Of a DNA stretch of 64,000 nucleotides, positions 15,439-28,129 are shown piece after piece. Source of the DNA: Eledone cirrhosa. Taxonomy: Eukaryota. How positions within the stretch are numbered: position 1 is the stretch's first letter; each line of letters starts with the position of its first letter. Under the pieces are notes generated by a model. It made no database searches. It saw only the letters and a program-made list of their open reading frames with translations, and had not been told where the DNA came from. A program made the position numbers and the translations under genes. The stretch is from contig OZ024743.1 in the NCBI GenBank assembly GCA_964016885.1, positions 222,208,001 to 222,272,000 on the forward strand. Direction: 5' to 3'.

Positions 15439-15537
15439 CTCCAATAAATCCAAATATAGCCACCAAAATATACATTCGAAAAGATCTCTTGTGTTTTCTG
15501 ACAGAAATATCATTTCAAATACAGTACGGGCCTTGCT
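15439..15537 (-). CDS. FAM227B: Host gene exon, FAM227/FWWh-domain family (SKARTVFEMIFLSENTRDLFECIFWWLYLDLLE)
   Basis: Pyrimidine tract + CAG acceptor, GAG|GTAACA donor, 99 bp, phase 0/0. The FLSE...FWW motif is recalled as the FAM227 signature; the B paralog assignment is tentative. Confidence 0.75.
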
Positions 15538-15904
15538 CTGAGAATATAAAAATGAAAAACAGAAAATGTATAGTAAGGTATGTAGAATAGATAAAGGGAA
15601 AATGTATAGTAAGGTATGTAGAATAGAAAAAGGGGAAATATATAGTAAGTATGATCATCATCACCATTTAACATCCATTTTCCACTCTAACATGGGTTAG
15701 ATGAGTCGTCCTATTTGCGGTAAGTTGGGTCAAGTGACAGTGTCTTACTCATACAGGACTGTAAGGTATGTAGAGTAGAAAAAGAGAAAATGTATGCACT
15801 GGTTCAATGATGAAAATATTAATTCTGATGCTGAACAGATTGGCAATATATCATTAATATAAATGACTTACCCACCAGTCCAAGCACTGCAATGCTAAAA
15901 GTAG

Positions 15905-16110
15905 CAGATATACTTGAATATAAGCCGAGCCCCATCGCCTCTATTTTATGTCTGAGAAATGGGGCAAAAATTCGAACCCCATTTATAAGCCGAGGTAGCT
16001 AATCAACATATAATGTTTAGATGGCAAATATAAGCTGACACTTCCCTACCCATTTTACCATTTATTTTTTGGTCACATATTCTGTGGCTTATATTTGAGT
16101 ACATATGGTA
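15905..16110. mobile_element. pogo/Tc2-type MITE, degenerate
   Basis: TATACTTGAATATAAGCC ... GGCTTATATTTGAGTACATATGGTA imperfect TIRs. Confidence 0.55.
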
Positions 16111-16964
16111 AATGTGGTTAGAAATCAAACACTACATAGAGTGGAGAGGTCCCTTTAGCTTGCAGAGAATGACAGAACATCTGGTGTCACAATGGAATAC
16201 ACCCCTTGATACTCCTCTCCCACTACAGGCCAAGACATCATACAGTAAAAAAAACACTCTTAACCTGTTGAGTACCAAGCATCATCTCTAGTTTTAATGC
16301 CACAATAAAATGCACCCACTACACTCTGGAAAGGGGTTGATAATAGAAAAGTGACAATATATGGTAAAGAGTAGTCTTCAGTATAGTCAATCATAAGACA
16401 ACATCAGTGCTGGTGCCACAATAAAATGTTCCCAGTACACTCTCTCTCTGTCTCTCTCTCTCACATCTTCCTTACAAGTGAGAATAATGATTTCAAAGTG
16501 GGTATATGTTAGACAAAGTGAGAATGATGATTTTAAAGTGTGAACATGTCAGATCAAAGTGAGATTATGATTCCAAAGTGAGTACATATCACTTTAAAAT
16601 GACTTGTATCACTTCAAAGTGAGAATAGTTATCTCATAGTGAGCTCATATTAAATAAACAATACTAACTTGATTTAACTACTCAAGAATACATAATGTAT
16701 CTTCTCAAAGAGAAAATGTAACAGGGAAGACTTTATCGGTGGGAGAATATGATATCATAAACAAAACAAAACAGAAAACCTTTCATTTTTATATTGCAAT
16801 TGTAATAGCTTCTTTTATATGGAATTATTGCACCGATAAAATCTGACAGACTCTGCAGCTTTTAAAATCATTGCATGAATGTATTTTGTAGTTACAATGT
16901 AGCATCTAATCATTTAAGAGTTAAACAGTGTTTTTACAATAGCTAGACAAACAACATCATGTGA

Positions 16965-17150
16965 ACATTGAACAGTGGAAACTTCCAGCATTCTTGGCCC
17001 CTGGAACACATCCCTGCTCACTGCTATCGGAGCAGAATTGGCTGCCCACAGGTATGAACCCTGTGAGGTGGATTTGCTCTTCCAGTGTGTCTCCCTCGCT
17101 GTCCCCTGAGGCAAATGTATTTTCGACGGGACCACGAAGCAGAGGGTAAG
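16965..17150 (+). mobile_element. CRE-type non-LTR retrotransposon 3' fragment
   Basis: Homologous by eye to 50890-51040 (ETS..LGP..TSLLTAIGAEL...EP.E..LFQ.VSLAV). Confidence 0.7.
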
Positions 17151-17344
17151 TTAGTTGGAGATGGAGGATACTTGTTCAGATGTCACATATATACACACAT
17201 ACTCAACCCCTTTCATATTAATTTTTATAAACCACCCTGTATATTTGAAATATGTGGACACAAGTGTCTTGCAGTCAGCTCACAGATTGTTATGATCATA
17301 GGCAGATGTACTGGAAAAGATGAATTTTTTATCCCATTACTGGG

Positions 17345-17540
17345 TTAATCCTTTAGCATTTAAACTGGCCATATCTGGCCAAAATTCTCTCACGTCTTTC
17401 TGTTTAAACAGGCCATAACTGGCTGCTTATACTTATTTTAAGGTATTGTTCTCAAATTAAATAATATCAAAATCTCGTAGATTCGATATCATATGAAAAT
17501 ACAATAGTAAATATAGAGTAATGTAAATGCTAAATGGTTA
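17345..17540. mobile_element. piggyBac-type MITE family B (also 29669-29845, 35717-35924, partial 17792-17910)
   Basis: TTAA-(C/T)CCTTTAGCATTTA ... TAAATGCTAAA(G)GG-TTAA type ends recur at several loci. Confidence 0.7.
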
Positions 17541-18579
17541 GTGAAAACTTATAATTAACCAAACAAATTCATATTGTTAACATTACAAATGATGTTACCA
17601 TATTATTTCATATGCTCTCTGTTTGTCTCTCAAAATATCAGTCAAATCTTTTTGTGTTAATCTCATTTGGAAATTGCTATTCTCACTTTTTACCCTTTCA
17701 TTATCCCGTTTCTAATGAAATACACTGCTTATGGCTTTCAAATTATTTTGAAAATAAAAAAGATTTTAGATGGATTTATCACATTACTGGGTTAATCCTT
17801 TAGCATTTAAACTGGCCATATCCAGCCAAAATTCTCTCACCTCTTTCTGTTTAAACAGGCCATAACTGGCTGCTTATACTTATTTTAAGGTATTGTTCTC
17901 AAAATAAATAATAATTTATTTTCAAAATAATTTGAAAGCCATAAGCAGTGTATTTCATTAGAAAGGGTAAAAAGTGAGAATAACAATTTCCAAATGAGAA
18001 TAACACAAAAAGTGGTGTTTGGGACATTACTTAACAAAAAATTGTGACGGAAGGGTTTTAAATAAATATAAACACTTTAAAACAAACAGCTTTGTATCAT
18101 AAAATCAGGGGGCGGTTTCAGGCAGTTTGGTATCAAAAGTGTTAAGTTGTAAAACCTCATTTTGAAATCCTTAATCTCACTTTGAATTGGCAAGATCTCA
18201 TTTTGAACTGATATAATCCTCACTTACAATTTCAAATACTGTAGAATATTATTACTCTTATAAAGAGAAAACCTTCTTCATTGTGTGTTTCAGTTTGGCG
18301 AAGTGTTTCATAAGATTGTTCTCCCTCTCTCTCTCCACCTCCCTCCTTCTCTCTCCCTCTCTCAAGACATCAACCAGGATCAACATATATGCTATTGATT
18401 ACTTTATCAATTCTCTATCAGCAGCCTCTTGTTGGATATATATTTATTATTTAGTATTTATTTTTTCATTATCACACTTTTGTAATGTCGGTGCAGTGCA
18501 GATATGGATTCTTGTTAGGAAATAAGAAGTGAGTAATGGCAAAAAATACTGACACAGTATTTTTTCTATGTAAATGTGC

Positions 18580-19200
18580 CTATGGTGGTGGTGGGGTATA
18601 GAGTGGGGCGTGAGAGGGGGTGTTGGTTATATGTGGTGGTGGTGGTGGTGAGAGAGGGGTTGGTTATATGTGGAGGTAGCGGTGGTGGTGAGAGGTGTTG
18701 GTTACATGTGGTGGTGGTGTGAGGGGGGTGTTGGTTATATGTGGAGGTGGTGGTAGTGATGGTGGTGGGGAGATGGGGGTTGGTTATATGTGGAGGTAGT
18801 GGTGGTGGTGGTAGTGAGAGGGGGTTTGGTTATATGTGGTGGTGGTGTGAGGGGGTGTTGGTTATATGTGGAGGTGGTGGTGGTGAGAGAGGGTTGGTTA
18901 TATGTGGAAGTGGTGGTAGTGATGGTGGTGGTGAGAGGGGGTTGGTTATATGGGGAGGTGGTGGTAGTGATGGTGGTGGTGAGAGGGGTTGGTTATATGT
19001 GGAGGTGGTGGTAGTGATGGTGGTGGTGAAAGGGGTTGGTTATATGTGGTGGTAGTGAGAGGGGGTTTGGTTATATGTGGTGGTGGTGGTGAGAGAGGGT
19101 GTTGGTTACATGTGGTGGTGGTGTGAGGGAGTGTTGGTTATATGTGGAGGTGGTGGTAGTGATGGTGGTGGTGAGGTGGTGGTGGTGGTGGTATGTGTGT
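18580..19200. repeat. G/T-rich minisatellite (GGTTGGTTATATGTGGAGGTGGTGGTAGTGATGGTGGTGGTGAGAGGG-like), followed by (TG/TA)-rich low complexity to ~19472
   Basis: Visible variable-length tandem units. Confidence 0.9.
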
Positions 19201-19789
19201 GGGGGGGTTATAGATGTGTAGGTGTCTGTGTGTGCGTATGCATGTGTTTGTATGATCTGCATATACGCATGTGTGTTTATGTGTGTATGTATGTGCATGT
19301 ATGTATGTGTATGTGCGTGTGTTTATATGCTTGTGTATGTATATATATATATGTGCATGTGTGGTTATGTATATGTGCGTGTGTCTACGTATATGCATTG
19401 TGTGTAAGTATATGTATGTGTGTGTGTGTATATATATATATGCATGTGTGCATGTATATGTGTTTATGCATATGATCAATATTGATTAATCACTGGTTTA
19501 TATCCATTTATTGACTTTACACATGTTATGTCTGCATTCCATATCTTTAATGATAATAATAATAATATTGGCTTGTTGAATAACACTGAGAATATGGTTC
19601 ATTCCAGTGATTTCTGCAGAGTTTGCAGTAAGGGTTGCGCAGTTAAGGATTTGTCTCCACCAGCACATAGTTTTAAGTTCAGTTCCACTGTGTGGCACTT
19701 TGAACAAATGTCTTTTACTATTGTCTCAGGTTGACTAATGCCATGTCAATGAAATTTGATAGGCAGAAACTGCAGTAACCGTTTGTATG

Positions 19790-20600
19790 TCATCATCATT
19801 GTTTTTATGTTTACTTTTTCATGCTGGACAGGTCCTTTTCAGCACAGCATCTCTCCACTTGTCACGCTCCTTTGTTATCTCCTCTGTGAGTCTCAGTGAT
19901 TTGAGGTCAGCTTTCACAACCTCTGCCCAGACCTTTCTTGGTCTACCTTTACTGTGGCTTCCTTCCACGGGGATTTCCTGGTATGTCTTCATCTAATGAT
20001 CATCATCCATGCACATCACATGTCCATACCAATGCAATCATCCTGCCCACCATCTCTTAAACCCAGTTACTCCCTTTGTTCATCCAAGCTCTGCCTTTCT
20101 CTCACACTTACATTGCATATCCAATGAAGTGTTGGTTACTTCATTTCTCTCCAGTCTACACATGTCCTCTGCAGTTAGTACCCATATTTCACTACTATTC
20201 AACATCACACATAGGTGTCATACAGTCGTCCCTTTGTACATAGGGAGAAACCTTTTGTGGTCAACAGTGGGAGTAGCTCTCTAAACTTTTTCCATCCTAC
20301 CCTTATTCTAGCTATTATGCTCTCTGAGCACCCTTCTCTGTTACTAATTAAGTCGCCTAGATAGCAGAAGCTACCAACCATTTGTATGGACTTTCTTGTG
20401 ACTGGAAAAGGTTTACATTACTGGTGCTCTTCCCCTCAGTTACCCCTGTGCATCTTCTACAAACAAAGTCTTCCATTCCTGTTAGTCTACCCATTATCTC
20501 ACTACCTCTCTTGTGTACCCAAGATTAACATTGTGTACATAGTATAGAGTTTATGCCTACTCCCTTTCTACATATTGAGTATGGCCACTTCCATGAAAGA
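19790..20600 (-). mobile_element. RTE LINE 3' fragment, degenerate (related fragments 23500-23745 +, 47365-47765 +, 63650-63810 -)
   Basis: Reverse complement matches the RTE C-terminus (WPYSICRKGVG.., WYGHV, GRPRKVW..VVKADL) and ends in a (GAT)n tail. Confidence 0.75.
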
Positions 20601-20864
20601 GTGAGCAAGCAGTGTCTGGCAGTAACAGTGAAGGTGCATCTGGCACATATGTCTTTGGGTAGGATGGGTGAGGAGAACGGGTGGGTGAAGGAAAGATTAT
20701 GGAGAGAAGGGGGGGATCAAGTGTGTGAAGGAGACATCTAAGTGGGGGAATAGATAGTGAGGAGGGAATGATAGAAGGGCCTATATACTTGTGTGTGTAT
20801 GCACATGTGTGTATGTATATATGCATATACAAGTGAACACAGAAAGGATGATGTATTGATTTAC

Positions 20865-20975
20865 CTTCAAGTGCAAAGATGCGGAGACCTTTTTCAAAAT
20901 CGCCATTGTATCTAAAGGTCCAATGACTCCAGATAAATCCAATTCGCTGCCGTTTTCTAACTGTCTACTTATTTC
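20865..20975 (-). CDS. FAM227B: Host gene exon (EISRQLENGSELDLSGVIGPLDTMAILKKVSASLHLK)
   Basis: TTTGGCAG acceptor, AAG|GTAAAT donor, 111 bp, phase 0/0, compatible with both neighbouring exons. Confidence 0.72.
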
Positions 20976-21431
20976 CTGCCAAAGATACAAAGAGAATAAT
21001 ACTGAAATAGTCAAAGGTGCTGGAGCAGGAAAGTAGAAGAGTGTTGACTGAGGAAAATAAAAAGCAAATAGTCTTGTAATGAGGAATGCCATATAGAAGA
21101 TATAAGCACTGAATGATGTGAGTCTAAAAACTAACTTTATGTCCTGGCTGTATTCTTATGAAATACACTCAATTTCAATTGTTTAATGAAGCATTTTCAG
21201 GGATTTACTAAAATTATTAATTATTTCATAACTAAGATGGTAACTTTAAATATGTTTCTTGTATAAAATTGCTGGAGGATTTTAATTTAAATAGGAAGCC
21301 TTTAAAATAGGTAATTCTGTTTCATAGAACTGGAGCCAGTTTTGGACAGTTTTGGACAGTTTTGGACAGTTTTGGACATCAAAAGGTTTAAGGGATTCAT
21401 TACATCTGTAACTATTTCATATATCTACCTA

Positions 21432-21602
21432 CCATATTTCCCGACACCGAAGACGCTTCGTCCTTGAGGATACACCCTAACTTTGACAACCAAAAATTTG
21501 AAAAAAAATAATAAACAACCTTCGGCCTCCAGGACACATTGTAGATTTTTTATATTTATTTTAGGAAAAAAAGTAGCGCGTCTTCGACGTCGGGAAATAC
21601 AG
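21432..21602. mobile_element. pogo/Tc2-type MITE with TA TSD
   Basis: TA-CCATATTTCCCGACACCGAAGACGC ... GCGTCTTCGACGTCGGGAAATACAG-TA. Confidence 0.75.
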
Positions 21603-22163
21603 TACTTTAGGTTGCTAATAAGCAACAGGTTTAAAATGAAACAAAGATGATTGTCAGAACAAATCAAGGGAAGTGATGTTTCCATTGATCTTTCTTTTGA
21701 TGTTATTATATGCTGGTCACAGGATGAGGCAAGATTTGAACTAAGAATGCACAGAGCCAGATCAAATACTACAGAACATCCTGTTTAACAATTCCACCAG
21801 TCCATAACCCTTGGACTGTTACTTTATTTATCGACCCCCAAAAGGATGAAAGGCAAAGTTAACCTCGACAGAATTTGAACATAAATCACAGGGAGTTGTA
21901 ATCTGGGAATTTAATCCAATGCTCTAACGACTCTGTTAGTTCTGGTTCAATGGATCCTCTTCATCTGAGAAATGATTAGGTTTGTAATGCTATGCCAATC
22001 CTATAATCTCTTCCACCTCATTAGATATGAATAGTTGTAATCATCCAGCAAAATAAAGTATCATATTTCTGAGGTTAATATGCAGTCAACCAGCTGAAAG
22101 AGAAATGACCTGTTGGATCTGGAATCAAGCATTTCATTGTGTCTTAATTCTATGTACACTTAA

Positions 22164-22402
22164 CCCTTTTGATACCAGCCTGCCTGAAACTGTCCCTAGT
22201 GATATGATGTAAGACTATCTGTTTTAAAGTGTTTGTATTTATCTCAAACCCTTCCATCATATTTTATGCAAGGACTTCAAGTTGTGCTCCAAACACCAGC
22301 TTGATATTAAGAACATTAGTTATATTACTAAATATGTTTAAATTCTTGATTATTTTCAAACTAATTTGAAAATATTTCATTAGAGGTATAATAATGAAAG
22401 GG
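22164..22402 (+). mobile_element. piggyBac-type MITE family A with TTAA TSD (relics at ~10420-10790, 15240-15385, 17915-18145, 24535-24690, 24910-25440, 27978-28125)
   Basis: TTAA-CCCTTTTGATACC ... GAAAGGG-TTAA; the internal sequence recurs. Confidence 0.75.
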
Positions 22403-23761
22403 TTAATTTTATGTGTTTCAGACTACTCAGATCATCTGAGAATGCTACCAAAACAGACCATGGTCTTGGATAAAAAAGAAATCCATTCTGCGTGTTCCTA
22501 ACACAATGGTATCAGTGTCAAAATCTCCTAAAATACCATTGGAGTCTTGGGTAAAGTCAAGCAGAATATTGAGAAATTTAATATTTTGATCATATGCATT
22601 TCATTGAAGTATGAGAGAGATCAAGATTAAGAAAGAGTCGGATCTGATCCAATGATCTCAGGATCAAAGCACATGTTTATATATACATCTATTATGCATT
22701 TACGTTATGTTTAAGTAATATTGTATATATTGCTGATGTTGTTCTTTCATTCCAGATCATCCCTGATCCAGTAATCCTATGATCAGAGGCATTTTAGCCA
22801 TAACCACCTTCTTGTTTTATTTAACTAGAACTATATTATTCAATGTGCTCATCCTTTCTTTCAACAGAAGGATTTGGTTTGTGAGAGATTTGGCTGCTAT
22901 GTCTAGAATGTAGAGAAACCATATATGTTTCTTTGCTGTCTTGTTAGTGAATGTGTGTAGTTGTATGGTCTATATATATTTGTCATAAGTTAATCCCTGT
23001 ATTCCCAATGTAACATGCTTGCTGGCTGTCTCTTTATTTGATGATTATGTTGCCCCTCTCCATCAGATATATTGTCTATGCCTCTGATAAGCACACAAAT
23101 ACAATACAAGTCCAATATATGGTGGACAGATCTGGGAATAAATTGAACATAGTTGAAGAACTACATTGTTATTGTTGAGTGACTAAATTTGGGCAATATT
23201 AACTGGTTACCCCTTGATCATCTTGTTCTGCACCACACTAAATGTATATCTTTTCTAAATTCAAATGATACCAACCAACCTAACAACTAACAATGGAGAT
23301 GGCAACTGGCTAGACATAGATGAAAAACCAGATTATTACTGTTGACTGACCAAACTGGACAATGGTGATGGGCTGGGCTTCAATCCTCCTATTGCCTGGT
23401 GTATTCAGCTTTGAACTGTTGCACACATCATATGCATCTCTCCTCTACATCTTTTGATCTGCATAGACTCCTCTAAGAAGTTGAACACTTGAAATAACTA
23501 AATTAAAAGAAGACTGCACCGGTATGGATATGTGATGCATATGCATATGTTGGGTAAAGAAGTACTAGAAAATTCCAGTAAGATCAAAGAAAACCTGGGC
23601 AGAGGTGGTGAGTACTGATCTTAAATCAATGAAGCTCACAGTATAGATGATAAAGGAAGGCAACAAATGGAGTGATACTAGAGAAGACACATCCAACCCA
23701 TGCAAGCATAGAAAAGCAGACATAAAAGTGATGATGGTGATGATTAGGATGAGATAATTAC

Positions 23762-23874
23762 CAAAACTGCAAGTTTTTGTTCTTCTCTCATAGATTCACT
23801 TTTTTCTAGAGCTTTCTTCAGGTGTTCAGCATGGGCATTATTGATGAGATCAGTGATTGACTTTGATAGAGAAA
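23762..23874 (-). CDS. FAM227B: Host gene exon (xSLSKSITDLINNAHAEHLKKALEKSESMREEQKLAVL)
   Basis: TTTTTTAACAG acceptor, TTG|GTAATT donor, 113 bp, phase 1/0, open frame. Confidence 0.7.
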
Positions 23875-23938
23875 CTGTTAAAAAATAAATGCAGCAACTC
23901 AAACTTTAGCCCTTTTGGTACCAGACCGCCACCTCTGG

Positions 23939-24560
23939 TTCTATAATATAAAACTGTTTGTTTTAACCCTTATCATACCAAACTGCAGCCCCTAATTCTA
24001 TAATATAAAACTGTTTGTTTTAACCCTTATCATACCAAACTGCAGCCCCTAATTCTATGATACAAAACTGTTTGTTTTAACCCTTATCATACCAAACTGC
24101 AGCCCCTAATTCTATGATACAAAACTGTTTGTTTTAACCCTTATCATACCAAACTGCAGCCCCTAATTCTATGATACAAAACTGTTTGTTTTAACCCTTA
24201 TCATACCAAACTGCAGCCCCTAATTCTATGATACAAAACTGTTTGTTTTAACCCTTATCATACCAAACTGCAGCCCCTAATTCTATAATATAAAACTGTT
24301 TGTTTTAACCCTTATCATACCAAACTGCAGCCCCTAATTCTATGATACAAAACTGTTTGTTTTAACCCTTATCATACCAAACTGCAGCCCCTAATTCTAT
24401 GATACAAAACTGTTTGTTTTAACCCTTATCATACCAAACTGCAGCCCCTAATTCTATGATACAAAACTGTTTGTTTTAACCCTTATCATACCAAACTGCA
24501 GCCCCTAATTCTATGATACAAACTATTTGTTTTAACCCTTTTGATACCAAACTGCATGAA
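23939..24560. repeat. 57-bp tandem repeat (~10-11 copies) derived from the MITE family A left end
   Basis: Unit AAAACTGTTTGTTTTAACCCTTATCATACCAAACTGCAGCCCCTAATTCTATGATAC; period 57 (23951, 24008, 24065). Confidence 0.93.
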
Positions 24561-24704
24561 ACTGCTTCTTGTTCTACGATATTAATCTATTTATTTTAAA
24601 TCTATTTTAATATATATCTAAAAGTATTCCATCATAATTACATTTAAGAAGCTTCTTGAAGCTATGCTCCAAACATGCTCATAATAATGGTTTCTTATAT
24701 AGGC

Positions 24705-24912
24705 ACAAGACCAACAATTTTTTTTTTTTTGGGGGGGGGGTCAATTTAATCAACCCCAGTGCATGACTGGTACTTTATTTTATCAACCCCGTAAGGATGA
24801 AAGGCAAGGTTAACTTCGGCAGGATTTGAACTCAGATCATAAAGGGCCATAACTCTATGCTGCAAAGCATGGCGTTCGACCCTCTACCGATACTGCCAAT
24901 CCACCGCCCTTA
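24705..24912 (-). mobile_element. tRNA-derived Meta-domain SINE (family copies also ~21820, 34245-34465, 49455-49570, 50127-50237, 51108-51280, 61215-61408, 61992-62170)
   Basis: A-box-like GTGGATTGGCAGTATCGG, B-box GAGTTCAAATCC, and core GCCTTTCATCCTTACGGGGTCGATAAAATAAAGTACC resembling the MetaSINE domain. Confidence 0.85.
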
Positions 24913-25464
24913 AACATGCACATAATATTGAGAAAGTTAGTTATATTACTAAATCCTTCCAAATTCTCAATTAGTTTCAAAATTTGAAAATCATAGGTAA
25001 TGTATATGTTCATTAGAAATATGATAAAGAAAGGGTTTGTGTTCATCATAATTTCATATAAGAACCTTATAAGTTGAGAGTTTGGAGCTATGCTCCAAAC
25101 TTTCAACTTAATAATGAGAAACTCTTCCAAATTTCTTTATTATTTTCAAAATGATTTGAAAACTAAAGGCAGTATATTTTATTAGAAATACGGTAATGAA
25201 AAGATAATGCTTTGTACATAACAAAGGTTCTTGCATAAAATCATGATAAAAATTAGTTATAGTGCTAAATCTCTCCAAACTCTTGGTTAAAGTGTTTATA
25301 TTTATCTAAATACCTTCTGTCATAAATTTATGTAAGAACTTGTATTAAGTTATGTTTCAAATTCTTCATTATTTTCAAAAAGATTAAAAAATTCTTGGCA
25401 GTGTACATTCCATTAAAAATATGATAATGAAAGGGTTAGAAATACTCTCATCAGTATGTCTCAC

Positions 25465-25536
25465 CTTCTGGAGGGACACCCCTTCGGATAAATTCTAGAA
25501 TATCATCAAGCTGTTCATCTATGATATCAAGTTTCT
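25465..25536 (-). CDS. FAM227B: Host gene exon (xKLDIIDEQLDDILEFIRRGVPPE)
   Basis: TTTCAG acceptor, AAG|GTGAGA donor, 72 bp. The phase-1 end joins the phase-1 start of the next exon (G+TT = Val). Confidence 0.68.
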
Positions 25537-25839
25537 CTGAAATGGTTTTAAATTGATTTGGGAAAGTAGGTAAGGACAGTTAAGGAGATAACAGAGTATA
25601 TTTTATTATAGTTAGGTATGTAGCAGAGTGGTTAGGCTGTTGTGCGCATTATCATAAGGTTACAAGTTCAACTTTTAAATTGGTAATATTTATTTTTAAC
25701 ACAACATTCCAATTTATTGATTCACATAAAAACAACTTCCCTCCTTTTCCTCTCATTTATGGCATCTATAGTCCTTTCCAATGCTGCTTTCTTTTTTTGA
25801 ACATTTTATTCAACAACATTTCATATCTATCAAATAATA

Positions 25840-26175
25840 AGCATGTAGCTGAGTGGTTCGGCTGTTGTGATCACTGCCATAAGGTTATGAGTTCAATTCC
25901 TAGACCAGGTAGCATATTGTGTCCTTGAGCAAGGCACTTTATTTTCATGTTACTCCAGTCGACTCCACTGGAAAAAATTACTTGTGACAACAATGGTGCC
26001 AAGCTGTATCAGTCTTTGCCTGTCCCTTGGGACAACATAAGTGTCATGAAGAGGGGAAACTGGCAAGCATGAGTGACTGCTGATCTTCCATAAAACACCT
26101 TGCTTGTGTGTTGCTTGTGCCTTGAAGAGGAATGTTCCAATCACAAACCGACGGTCATTCATGACCGAAGGAAGC
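25840..26175 (+). mobile_element. Second tRNA-derived SINE family (related copies ~27170-27430 - and 36005-36320 -)
   Basis: A-box GTAGCTGAGTGG, B-box GAGTTCAATTCC, core TGTGTCCTTGAGCAAGGCACTTTATTT. Confidence 0.7.
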
Positions 26176-26850
26176 TTAATTCAGTATATTACCTAGGCAG
26201 TGAAGTGTTAGAAAGGTGCAGGGAATGTAGAGTGACTTACAGTTTTTAATTTCAGACTCATATTTTTTTTCTTTGACTCGTTTCAGTCATTAGACTGTTC
26301 TTTCACTGGTTTCACTCATTAGACTGTGACCATGCTGAAGCACTGCCTTGATTTTGTTGAGTTTATCAAGCCCAGTACTTATTTATATTTTTAAATCTGG
26401 TGCTTATTTTATCAATCTTGTTTTTTGTTGAACTGCTAAGTTATGGAATATAAATAAACACAGATACATACACACACACATATATATAAAGCAGGCTTCC
26501 ACTCAGTTTCTGTCTAACAAATTTCACTCACATTGATCAACTTGAGGCTATAGTAGAAGATGCAATGTTTTTAATGGAAGATGAGCAATCACCCATGCAT
26601 GCAAGTTTCCCCTTCCCATGTCACTGATTTTGTCCAGAAGAAAGGCAAAGGCTAATATAACTTGGCACCAGTGTCATCGCAGGCAAACTCAGAATGCAAA
26701 GAATGAGGGAGTGGAAAAGAGGAAGAGAGGGAACGTGAGAAGGTGAGGTGGGGGGGGGGGGGGGGGGCATAAGAAAGAGAACTATAAAAGGATATGCAGA
26801 TCATTTAATAACATTTTCACAATTTCTTCCTTTGCAGTTAGATCAGGTAC

Positions 26851-26883
26851 CCATTTGTCTTCAAAGATGAATGGCCAATCTCT
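26851..26883 (-). CDS. Probable small host exon (RDWPFIFEDKW), 3' boundary uncertain
   Basis: TTTTCATAG acceptor in phase 0 after ...FLNWFGA; DWP resembles the FAM227B N-terminus as recalled. The donor could be TGG|GTACCT (26850) or ATT|GTGAAA (26820). The phase link to the next exon is unresolved. Confidence 0.45.
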
Positions 26884-28129
26884 CTATGAAAAGATTTACA
26901 GAAACAAATCATTGATATATAGCAGCAAATATTTCAAAGTCATTTCTCCCTGCTAAAGCAAGTGTTAGTCTTGTGGGCCCCATGAAAAGCTTCATGCTCA
27001 TCATGGAGTCCTTTTTGAAGCAATTTTTATGACCGAAGACTCATCCTTGTGCTAAACCTTTTTAGTCACATTTTACAACATGCAAGGATACAATATACCT
27101 ATTCAACATTGGATACACACAGCATAAAAAATCATTTATATCTGTTGCATGAATATATCTGATTTCTTTTTGATTTTTTTTATTGATCGACATGATCCAA
27201 CCTCATTTGCTTACTGAGTTGGGTGGAACTCATCAAATCAGACCAAAGAAACAATGTTTCCACTGGTCTTTCCATTGCTGATACTATCTACGAGTAGCAA
27301 CTCCTGGCAGAAAGAGCAACATGAAATAAAGTGTCTTGCTCAAAGACATAACACATTATCTGATCAGGGAATCAAACTCACAACCTCACAGCTGCAAATC
27401 CAATTATCTAACCACTAAGCTACGCACCTTCATTGATGTGACAACACATATCTGGAATTATAATATGTTATTTCCTCTGAGATTTTCCACCCAGATATAG
27501 CTATGTGTTGATTGCATAGCAATAAAGTGAAAGTGGATGAGCTAGTGCTTCATTAATCATCCTAAGGCCATGAATTTGATCCCAAGTGACATATTGTGTC
27601 CTTGCACAAAACATTTATTTCACATTGCTCAAATCAAATGAGTTTTACCTGTTATTTAGAGGGTGTAATCAAAGTTAGATGTATTGCTAGCATAATTCTC
27701 AGGGGACATTCAATATGACATGTGACAAGGCTGGTTCATTTGAATTACAGATACAATCCATCAAACAGGCTTCCAAACAGTTTCTGTCTAGCCAATTTCA
27801 CTGACAAGGCTTGGATCAACCTGAAGCTACAATAAATGACACTTACCCAAGATGCCATGAAGCAGGATTGAACCCAGGCCCTTATGATTGCAAAGAAATC
27901 TTCTTAACCATTTTGTCCACAATAAAGAAATAACCGAAATAATCAATTACCCAGTTACAAATTGAACATTTTCAGGCTTAACTCTTTTGATACGAAACCC
28001 TCTGAAACGCTAGTTCTTTTCCATAAAACTGTTTGTCTTAAAATGTTAATATTTAAACAAAAACTTTCCATCATTATCTTATTTAAGAACTTATATTAGG
28101 TTGTGTTCCAAATGCCAGCTTAATGATAA

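Noticed and set aside
15866-15900. Possible micro-exon with strong GTAAGT donor
   Set aside because: Flanking exons already join in phase 0 and the peptide adds no recognisable homology.
23939-24560. CRISPR-like 57-bp periodicity
   Set aside because: Whole units are near-identical with no unique spacers; explained by a MITE end.
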